A stretch of 64,000 nt of DNA from NCBI GenBank assembly GCA_963667845.2, contig CAXXVL010000002.1:96001-160000 (forward strand), read 5' to 3'. The position numbers and the translations under genes were made by a program. This document shows, in pieces, positions 56,464 through 64,000 of the stretch (its first letter is position 1; each line of letters opens with the position of its first letter). The notes beneath the pieces are model-generated. The model did no database searches, was not told the DNA's origin, and saw only the letters and a list, made by a program, of their open reading frames with translations. The stretch is from Smithellaceae bacterium (GTDB lineage Bacteria > Desulfobacterota > Syntrophia > Syntrophales > Smithellaceae).

Positions 56464-57468
56464 TTACGGGTCGAGAACGTGTTTTTTTGTCAGGTATTTC
56501 GGTATTTCGGCAATCTCTGACGCCTTGCCCGCCCTCAGAAGATGCCCCGGCAGGGAACGACCGGCCATCTTTTCGGCAAGCCTCACGCAGTCCAGCAATT
56601 TGTCCAGGTCGATGCCCGTCTTGATGCCCATTTCCTCAAACAGGTGAACCAGGTCTTCGGTCGGCACATTCCAGTAGCCGTAGTCCAGTTCGCCCACGCC
56701 GTAAGGGGTCGCACTCATGCCGCCAAGCGACGTGTCGAAAATGCGGACGCCCGCCTCGTAGGCGGCAATGCAGTTGGCAATGGCCGCGCCGCGGGTGTTG
56801 TGGAAATGAACGGCCAGATTGATATCGAGCTGTAAATCGAGCAGGGTGCCCAGCGTTGACTTGACGAGCCTCGGATTGGCCATGCCCGTGGAATCAACGA
56901 GCACAATTTCGGACGCTCCCATGTAAACGAGTTTGAGCAGCAACTGCGCGACGTCATCTACGCTGACCCGGCCCGTGTAAGGGCAGCCGAACGCGGTCAT
57001 GATATAGACGCGGATGCTGCGCGCGTTTTTCGTGGCCGCATCCAGAATGGTGGGCAGCATCTTATTGAGGCTTTCCTTGAGGGACCGGCCGATATTCAAT
57101 CTGTTGAAGGTGTCACTGGCCGCAAGGACGATCAATATCTCGTCGATCTCAGTGACCAGAGCCCGGCGGCAGCCGATTTCATTCGGTACAAGCCCCACAT
57201 AAGTTACCCCGGTTCTTTTGGTGATTCCGGAAACGAGTTTTTCGGCGTCATACCCTTCCGGCATCAGGCGGGGATGAGTGAAGGAGGCGCATTCAATCTT
57301 CTGCAGACCGGTATCCGACAGTTTGTTGATATATTTTATCTTATCGGCGGTTGATAATGTGTGACAGACCTCAGGCAGGCCGTCGCGCGGCGATACTTCC
57401 ACAATCTTGACCTGGTCATCTTTCTTCCTTACGGCCTTAGCCGCCTGCGACTCACCGTTCGACATCAT
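56464..57468 (-). CDS. HMG-CoA lyase-family (DRE-TIM) protein lacking the catalytic Cys loop
   Basis: EVSPRDG, AFGCPY, HFHNTRG, NVPTED; GGCPY replaced by GGMSATPY. Confidence 0.85.
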   Translation of the reverse strand: MMSNGESQAAKAVRKKDDQVKIVEVSPRDGLPEVCHTLSTADKIKYINKLSDTGLQKIECASFTHPRLMPEGYDAEKLVSGITKRTGVTYVGLVPNEIGCRRALVTEIDEILIVLAASDTFNRLNIGRSLKESLNKMLPTILDAATKNARSIRVYIMTAFGCPYTGRVSVDDVAQLLLKLVYMGASEIVLVDSTGMANPRLVKSTLGTLLDLQLDINLAVHFHNTRGAAIANCIAAYEAGVRIFDTSLGGMSATPYGVGELDYGYWNVPTEDLVHLFEEMGIKTGIDLDKLLDCVRLAEKMAGRSLPGHLLRAGKASEIAEIPKYLTKKHVLDP

Positions 57469-57532
57469 CTTTCCCGCTCCGAAATAAAATTTTCATGAAC
57501 GAATGCCCGGCATCCCGGACAAAGCGCCCGCC

Positions 57533-58591
57533 TTAATCCAAACCATATTCCTTCAGTTTCAAATAAAAGGTCCGCCGGCTGATCCCCAGAATTTTAATGG
57601 CCTCCGATTTATTGGGAGCGGCGGCCAGGACCTCGCTGATGAACTTGCGTTCCAAATCCCGGACGGCTTGGGTGAGATTATAGGACGTCTGTCCCGAAAG
57701 GGGGACCGGTGCAGCCAGCCGTTCCGAAACGGTCTGGCCGGAAAAAAGGAAATTCGGCAATGAACCGGTATCAATCACCGGCGACTGCGTCATGTTCACC
57801 GCATAGCTGACGACGCCCTTTAATTCCCGGACGTTTCCCGGCCAGTGATACGCACAGAGCATATTGAAGGCAGCCGGCGAAAACCGGTATTTCTGTTTCA
57901 GCGCGACACCGTTGAGTTTTAAGAAATAATCCATCAGAAGCTCAATGTCCTCCCGCCGCTCGCGGAGCGGCGGCAGCTGAATGGTGAAAGCGTTCAGACG
58001 GAAGAACAAATCATCGCGGAATTTTTTCTGTTCGATAAGCTCCGCCAGATCCTGATTGGTCGAAGAAATGACCCGCACATTCACTTTGATGTTCTTTGTC
58101 CCGCCGACGCGTTTGAACGTGCCGGATTCCAGGACGCGCAATAATTTGGCCTGCACGGAAAGAGACGAATCGCCGATTTCATCAAGCAGGATCGTCCCGT
58201 CGTGCGCCTCGTCGAAATAGCCATGGCGTCCTTCAGTTCGCGCGCCGGTGAAGGCCCCTTTCTCATAGCCGAAAAGTTCGCTTTCGATGAGGCTGTCGGG
58301 AATGGCGGCGCAGTTGACATCCACCAGCGGCTTGTCCCGGCGGTTGCTTGTCTGATGGATGGCGCGGGCGAGAATTTCTTTGCCCGTGCCGCTTTCTCCG
58401 ATAATGAGGACGGAGATATCCGATTTTGCCGCCCGTTGGGCAGTGACCAGAGCCTTGCGAAACGACGGATCGGCGCCGACGAGCTCGTCGAAAGCCGTCC
58501 CCAGTTTTTCCGCCTGGAATGTCTCGTTAGCACCCTGCGGATGGGGACCGCCTGCCGCTGCGTCGGTTTTGGGTTTGTTTTTCCCGGCCAT
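57533..58591 (-). CDS. sigma54-dependent enhancer-binding protein without N-terminal sensory domain
   Basis: GESGTGKE, GAFTGA, LDEIG, WPGNVREL, Fis-type HTH; only about 35 aa precede the AAA+ domain. Confidence 0.93.
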   Translation of the reverse strand: MAGKNKPKTDAAAGGPHPQGANETFQAEKLGTAFDELVGADPSFRKALVTAQRAAKSDISVLIIGESGTGKEILARAIHQTSNRRDKPLVDVNCAAIPDSLIESELFGYEKGAFTGARTEGRHGYFDEAHDGTILLDEIGDSSLSVQAKLLRVLESGTFKRVGGTKNIKVNVRVISSTNQDLAELIEQKKFRDDLFFRLNAFTIQLPPLRERREDIELLMDYFLKLNGVALKQKYRFSPAAFNMLCAYHWPGNVRELKGVVSYAVNMTQSPVIDTGSLPNFLFSGQTVSERLAAPVPLSGQTSYNLTQAVRDLERKFISEVLAAAPNKSEAIKILGISRRTFYLKLKEYGLD

Positions 58592-58612
58592 GATTATTCC
58601 CTGTCAGATGAT

Positions 58613-58660
58613 TGTTTATAAAATATACTTATTCTTGATATTTTGTATATAATAAATACA
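58613..58660. promoter_or_regulatory. Tandem TGTAT-N7-ATACA boxes (putative UAS/autoregulatory operator)
   Basis: 58644-58660 perfect; 58613-58629 TGTTT-N7-ATACT; 31 bp apart; overlap minus-strand TTGACA-17-TACAAA. Confidence 0.62.
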
Positions 58661-58802
58661 TCTCTGTCAAATATAATTTTGAATGGGCAGGCCTCACGGC
58701 AGCGCGTTGGGCGGTTCAACGGCAATAATATCATGAAGAACCGGCGTCGGATACCACGTCCAATCCCTTGCGTTTGGATTCCGAAAATTACAAAATAACT
58801 GC

Positions 58803-58818
58803 TGGTACAGTATTTGCT
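58803..58818 (+). promoter_or_regulatory. sigma54 (-24/-12) promoter for fadB-like gene
   Basis: TGGTACAGTATTTGCT; divergent from a sigma54 activator gene. Confidence 0.75.
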
Positions 58819-59106
58819 GTAATGGGCGAAGTAAGGAGGATTTTAAAAGAAGGATATTATCCCTTCTTTACCGCGAGATATAGCTTCCCCGCGCAAGGTA
58901 TCCTCCTGCAAGAATATCCCTGCGGTTACTATAATCGGTTGATTTGCCAAGTTTAACCGGGTAGAAATATTTGGCCCGATTTATCCTATGGTTCCGCCCC
59001 TGTCACCTGGTCAGCGAGCCCTGGTGCCGTGGGAATGATAATGATACTGAAGCTGGCAGTCAATTTTCTGATCACACTTAAAATACATTAAAGGAGATAA
59101 AATCTT

Positions 59107-61191
59107 ATGGCAGAGATCGTGACGTTTTCGAAGGAAGGCAATGTCGGTTTGATTACGGTCAACAATCCGCCGGTCAATGCTCTGGCACAGGCCGTACGGG
59201 CCGGGATCAAGTCGGGCATTGAAAAAGGCATTGCGGATAAAGATATTGCGGCAATGATCATTATTTGCGAGGGGCGGACTTTTATCGCGGGGGCGGACAT
59301 CCGGGAATTCGGCAAGCCGCCGATGGAACCCCATTTACCGGATGTTTGCCAGTTCATCGAAAACTCCCCCAAGCCGGTGATTGCGGCAATCCATGGCACG
59401 GCATTGGGCGGAGGGCTGGAGATTCCCCTTAGCTGCCATTTCCGCATTGCTGTTCCTACCGCGAAAGTGGGCCTGCCTGAAGTGAAGCTGGGATTGCTGC
59501 CGGGCGCCGGCGGGACGCAGCGACTGCCGCGCATCGCCGGTGTGCAGACGGCGCTGGAGATGATCACCTCCGGAACCCCGATTCCCGCAGCTAAGGCTAA
59601 AGCGATGGGGATTCTGGATGAAATCGTGGAAGGCGACCTGAAGGCGGCGGCTCTGGCTTTTGCCAGGAAAGTGGTTGATGAGAAACGCCCCTTGAGGAAA
59701 GTAAGTTCTCTTACGGCCAAAGTGGATTCCCCCACCGTCTTTGATGATTTCGCCAAGGCCAATGCCCGGAAGTTCCGGGGTTTTATCGCTCCCTACAAAT
59801 GCATCGAAGCCGTGAAGGCGGCAACCGAACTGCCTTTTGCCGAAGGCATGAAGAAAGAACGCGCGATCTTTACGGAACTGCAGGCCTCCGACCAGTCGAA
59901 GGCCCAGCGGCATGTTTTCTTTGCCGAAAGAGAAGTCGTCAGGATTCCGGGGCTGCCCGATAACCAGCCGACCAGGGAGATTAAATCCGCCGGTATTCTC
60001 GGTGCGGGCACCATGGGCGGGGGCATTGCCATGTGCTTTGCCAATGCCGGCATTCCCGTTGTTCTTCTGGACGTCAAGCAGGAGTTTATCGACAAGGGCA
60101 TGGCCGTTATTAAGAAGAACTACGCCAACACCGTGGCCAAAGGCTCCTTGAAGCAGGAAGTCATGGACAAACGCCTGTCCTTGATCAAACCCACCCTGGC
60201 TTATGAAGATTTAAAGAATGTCGATCTGGTCATTGAAGCCGTGTTTGAAGACATGGCCATTAAGAAGGAAGTCTTTACGAAACTCGATGCGGTCTGCAAA
60301 CCGGGTGCGATCCTGGCCTCCAATACCTCTTATCTGAACATTGACGAAATCGCCGCCATGACCAAAAGACCCCAGGATGTCATGGGCATGCATTTCTTCA
60401 GTCCGGCGAACGTCATGAGATTGCTGGAAAACGTCAAAGGCGCGAAGACAAATCCGGAAGTTTACGCCACGGCCATGAAGGTGGGCAAGACCATCGGCAA
60501 AGTCCCGGTGCTGGTCGGTGTCTGCGACGGCTTTGTCGGGAACCGGATGCTCGCCAAGCGGACAAGAGAATGCGGTTTCATGCTGGAAGAAGGCGCCCTT
60601 CCCTGGCAGATCGACAAGGTCATCTACAACTTCGGCTTCCCGATGGGTCCCTATCAGATGGGCGACATGGCGGGTCTCGATGTCGGCTGGCGGAACCGCA
60701 AGGCGAAGTTCGCCTCCCTCACCAAACGTGAACAGAAAAACACGATTCTCGACAAGATCTGCGAGATGGGCCGTTTCGGTCAGAAAACCGGCTCGGGTTT
60801 CTACAAGTATGACGAGAAGCGCAATGCCACCCCCGACCCCATGATTGAAGAGCTGATCGTCAATCACTCGAAGGAAGTCGGCATTCAGCGCCGAATCATC
60901 ACGGATCAGGAGATCGTTGAACGCGCGATTTACTCGATGATCAACGAAGGCGCGAAGATCCTGGAAGAAGGCATCGCCGCGCGGCCGCTCGACATTGACG
61001 TGGTCTGGCTCTATGGCTATGGCTTCCCGGTCTACCTGGGCGGCCCGATGTTCTATGCCGACACGGTCGGCGTCAAGAAAGTTTACGATGCGATTCTCAA
61101 ATACAAGGATCTGGTCGGCGCCGAATACTGGACGCCGGCACCGCTTCTGGAAAAACTCGCCAAGGCGGGTAAAGGGTTCTATTCGAAATAA
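59107..61191 (+). CDS. Bifunctional enoyl-CoA hydratase/3-hydroxyacyl-CoA dehydrogenase (FadB/FadJ-like)
   Basis: NPPVNAL, GGGLE, PEVKLG, GAGTMG, SNTS, HFFSPA, GFVGNR. Confidence 0.95.
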   Translation: MAEIVTFSKEGNVGLITVNNPPVNALAQAVRAGIKSGIEKGIADKDIAAMIIICEGRTFIAGADIREFGKPPMEPHLPDVCQFIENSPKPVIAAIHGTALGGGLEIPLSCHFRIAVPTAKVGLPEVKLGLLPGAGGTQRLPRIAGVQTALEMITSGTPIPAAKAKAMGILDEIVEGDLKAAALAFARKVVDEKRPLRKVSSLTAKVDSPTVFDDFAKANARKFRGFIAPYKCIEAVKAATELPFAEGMKKERAIFTELQASDQSKAQRHVFFAEREVVRIPGLPDNQPTREIKSAGILGAGTMGGGIAMCFANAGIPVVLLDVKQEFIDKGMAVIKKNYANTVAKGSLKQEVMDKRLSLIKPTLAYEDLKNVDLVIEAVFEDMAIKKEVFTKLDAVCKPGAILASNTSYLNIDEIAAMTKRPQDVMGMHFFSPANVMRLLENVKGAKTNPEVYATAMKVGKTIGKVPVLVGVCDGFVGNRMLAKRTRECGFMLEEGALPWQIDKVIYNFGFPMGPYQMGDMAGLDVGWRNRKAKFASLTKREQKNTILDKICEMGRFGQKTGSGFYKYDEKRNATPDPMIEELIVNHSKEVGIQRRIITDQEIVERAIYSMINEGAKILEEGIAARPLDIDVVWLYGYGFPVYLGGPMFYADTVGVKKVYDAILKYKDLVGAEYWTPAPLLEKLAKAGKGFYSK

Positions 61192-61200
61192 TGATTAGGC

Positions 61201-61240
61201 AAAAATCGGCGGATGGGTGAAACTGTCCGCCGGTTTTTTT
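61201..61240 (+). terminator. Intrinsic terminator after fadB-like gene
   Basis: atcggcgga/tccgccggt stem followed by T-tract. Confidence 0.7.
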
Positions 61241-61372
61241 CTAAAACCTTTGACCTTGATCCTTGAACCTTTTATTCATCCGATCGCGGGCATCTTCAAC
61301 CTGTTTCGGTTCAGACGGATAAATCCATGAGGGTCAAAATACTAAAAAGAAAGAGGAGAGGAAGGGAAACGT

Positions 61373-61963
61373 ATGACAAACACTGTTTACGAAATCAAAG
61401 AATCGGCCATTGCCGATCCGGGACCGCTGGGTCTGGCGTGCTTCGCGCTCACAACGTTTTGCCTCAGTATGATTAATGCGGGATTTGTCGACAAGGCTGC
61501 GGTGATTGTGGTGATTGCCCTCGCTCTCGTCTATGGCGGCGTGACGCAGATCCTTGCTGCAATGTGGGAATACAAAAAGAATAATGTTTTCGGCGCCACG
61601 GCCTTTGCGTCCTACGGCGCTTTCTGGATATCGCTGGGCGTCTTTGACCTTCTGGCGAGCCTCCATCTGGTGGTGGTGCCCGCCCAGGGCGTCTGGCTGT
61701 TTCTTCTGGCCTGGACTATTTTCACCTTTTATATGTGGATCGGCAGTTTCGGCACGAATAAGGCGCTGGCCGTCACATTTACATTGCTGCTCATCGCCTT
61801 TATCCTGCTCACCATCGGCGCAGCGGGCAGTGAAACGGCGCATAAACTGGGCGGCTATGTCGGCATCCTGACGGCATTCGCAGCCTGGTATACGTCGGCG
61901 GCCGGTATCTGCAACACGGTTTTCGGACGGGTTGTCCTGCCGGTCGGTCCCTTTAAAAAATGA
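61373..61963 (+). CDS. satP: Acetate/succinate uptake channel (GPR1/FUN34/YaaH family)
   Basis: ADPGPLGL signature, YGG..Q, SYGAFW; 6 TM. Confidence 0.9.
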   Translation: MTNTVYEIKESAIADPGPLGLACFALTTFCLSMINAGFVDKAAVIVVIALALVYGGVTQILAAMWEYKKNNVFGATAFASYGAFWISLGVFDLLASLHLVVVPAQGVWLFLLAWTIFTFYMWIGSFGTNKALAVTFTLLLIAFILLTIGAAGSETAHKLGGYVGILTAFAAWYTSAAGICNTVFGRVVLPVGPFKK

Positions 61964-62082
61964 TCAGCGACCGACCGTGAAGAAAGTGAATCTTTGTCTC
62001 GGCGGGATGCTGACTCGGGGGGAGTGAGCTTCAATCATTAATAAAAAATACATCCATCTTGGGGAGGTTATAAATAAGAAAT

Positions 62083-63969
62083 ATGAAGTATGCAGATGTC
62101 TATGAGCAGTCCATCAATCAGCCTGACGTTTTCTGGGGTAAGGCGGCCGAAGCGCTTCAGTGGACGAAGAAGTGGGATAAAGTTCTTGACGACAGCAACA
62201 AGCCCTTTTATCGCTGGTTTACCGGCGGCGAACTCAATACGTGCTATAATGCCCTGGATTATCAGGTGGAATCGGGCAGGAAAGATCAGACAGCTGTTAT
62301 CTATGACAGCCCCGTCACCGCTACCGTCCAAAAGATCACCTACGGAGAACTCCTCGACAGGGTGTCCAGATTTGCCGGCGTGCTGTCTGGTTTAGGTGTT
62401 ACGAAGGGTGATACCGTTATTATCTATATGCCGATGATTCCGGAAGCGATGGTCGCCATGCTGGCCTGCGCGCGCATCGGGGCCGTGCACTCCGTCGTCT
62501 TCGGCGGATTTGCCCCCAATGAACTGGCGATCCGCATTGACGATGCGAAACCCAAGGTCATGGTTTCAGCATCCTGTGGCATCGAAGGGAAGAAGACGCT
62601 GGCCTATAAGCCGCTTCTGGACGAGGCCATCAAAATCGCCGCGCACAAACCGCAAAATTGCATTATTTATCAGCGTCCGCAAGTGCAGGCCGAACTTCAG
62701 GCCCGCGATCTGGACTGGGAGGAATTGTTCAAATCGGCGAAGGCTGTTCCCTGTGTCTCCGTTGGCGCAACCGACCCGCTCTATATACTTTATACGTCGG
62801 GAACAACCGGCAAGCCCAAAGGCGTCATGCGGGACAACGGCGGCCATGCCGTGGCCCTGAAATGGTCGATGAAGTACATCTATGATATCAAACCCGGCGA
62901 AGTGTTCTGGGCGGCATCGGATGTCGGCTGGGTCGTCGGCCACTCCTACATTGTTTATGCCCCGCTGCTTTACGGCTGCACAACGATTCTTTATGAAGGC
63001 AAACCCGTGGGAACGCCCGATCCGGGCGCCTTCTGGCGGGTGATCTCCCAGCACGGCGTATCCGTTCTCTTTACCGCCCCCACGGCGTTTCGCGCCATTA
63101 AGAAGGAAGACCCCAACGGCGACTACCTGAAGAAGTATGATATCCGCAGCCTGCGTTATTTGTTCCTGGCCGGCGAGCGCCTGGATCCCGATACCTATTA
63201 CTGGGCGAGCGACATGCTGAAGATTCCTGTCGTCGACCACTGGTGGCAGACCGAAACCGGCTGGCCGATTGCCGCAAACTGCATGGGCATCGAGCCCTTC
63301 CCGATCAAAGCCGGATCACCCACGAAACCGGTGCCGGGCTATAATGTTCAGATCCAGGACTTCGACGGCAAAACGCTGCCCAACGGCGAGGAAGGCGCGG
63401 TGGTCATCAAGCTGCCTCTGCCCCCCGGCTGCCTGCCGACGCTGTGGAAGGATGACAAACGCTACCTGGAATATGTCACCGAAAGACCCGGCTATTATGT
63501 GACCGGCGACGGCGGTCGTTTTGACACCGATGGTTATCTCTATATCATGGGGCGCATCGACGACGTGATCAACGTGGCCGGCCACAGGCTTTCCACGGGA
63601 GCTATGGAGGAGATCGTCTCCAAGCACAAGGACGTTGCGGAATGCGCCGTGCTGGGTGCGGACGACCAGCTCAAGGGCCAGGTGCCGGTGGGCTTTGTTG
63701 TTTTGAAGGCCGGCGTTACCCGCAAGCCCGAAGAGATCATCGCGGAGCTGGTCAAGATGGTGCGCAGTGACCTGGGTGCACTGGCCTGCTTCAAGGAAGC
63801 GGCCGTCGTGAAGGCGCTGCCCAAGACGCGGTCGGGGAAGATCCTGCGCAGCACGATGCGCAAAATCGTGGACGGCAAGGATTATGTTGTCCCTTCGACC
63901 ATCGATGATCCGGCGGTTCTGCCGGCCATTGCTGAATCGGCGAAGACGATCGGGTACGGGAAGAAATAA
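62083..63969 (+). CDS. prpE: Propionyl-CoA/acetyl-CoA synthetase
   Basis: YTSGTTGKPKG, VDHWWQTETG, AGHRLSTG, LPKTRSGK. Confidence 0.88.
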   Translation: MKYADVYEQSINQPDVFWGKAAEALQWTKKWDKVLDDSNKPFYRWFTGGELNTCYNALDYQVESGRKDQTAVIYDSPVTATVQKITYGELLDRVSRFAGVLSGLGVTKGDTVIIYMPMIPEAMVAMLACARIGAVHSVVFGGFAPNELAIRIDDAKPKVMVSASCGIEGKKTLAYKPLLDEAIKIAAHKPQNCIIYQRPQVQAELQARDLDWEELFKSAKAVPCVSVGATDPLYILYTSGTTGKPKGVMRDNGGHAVALKWSMKYIYDIKPGEVFWAASDVGWVVGHSYIVYAPLLYGCTTILYEGKPVGTPDPGAFWRVISQHGVSVLFTAPTAFRAIKKEDPNGDYLKKYDIRSLRYLFLAGERLDPDTYYWASDMLKIPVVDHWWQTETGWPIAANCMGIEPFPIKAGSPTKPVPGYNVQIQDFDGKTLPNGEEGAVVIKLPLPPGCLPTLWKDDKRYLEYVTERPGYYVTGDGGRFDTDGYLYIMGRIDDVINVAGHRLSTGAMEEIVSKHKDVAECAVLGADDQLKGQVPVGFVVLKAGVTRKPEEIIAELVKMVRSDLGALACFKEAAVVKALPKTRSGKILRSTMRKIVDGKDYVVPSTIDDPAVLPAIAESAKTIGYGKK

Positions 63970-64000
63970 ATATACCGCTCCGCTTTCTTCGGCTAACTTT

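Noticed and set aside
1..64000. CRISPR arrays, rRNA/tRNA, prophage, transposases, selenocysteine read-through
   Set aside because: No regularly spaced repeats, RNA gene signatures, phage/transposase motifs or interrupted conserved domains were seen

Overview
Gene-dense, moderately GC-rich bacterial chromosomal segment. Its gene content suggests an anaerobic syntrophic deltaproteobacterium (Syntrophales/Smithella-like; inference only). It is dominated by acyl-CoA metabolism: four acyl-CoA ligase homologues, an AbfD-like protein, a 2-hydroxyacyl-CoA dehydratase/class I benzoyl-CoA reductase-like cluster with two activators, FabH-like, FabK/NMO-like and FadB-like enzymes, SatP and PrpE. It also carries TRAP/ABC/MFS transport, three orphan histidine kinases, Kup under a clear c-di-AMP riboswitch, a small alarmone synthetase-TPR protein and a WD40-caspase lipoprotein. 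No rRNA, tRNA, CRISPR, prophage or transposase was seen. Two miniature repeat families are present (5 IS200/IS605-like palindromic copies; two 120-bp TIR-bounded copies). Best candidate for an undescribed system: a sigma54 activator with no sensory domain, followed on the same strand by an HMG-CoA-lyase homologue lacking the catalytic Cys. A shared 17-bp TGTAT-N7-ATACA box lies upstream of two sigma54 promoters 48 kb apart (fadB-satP-prpE and ligase-TRAP), suggesting a pseudoenzyme-sensed acyl-CoA regulon.
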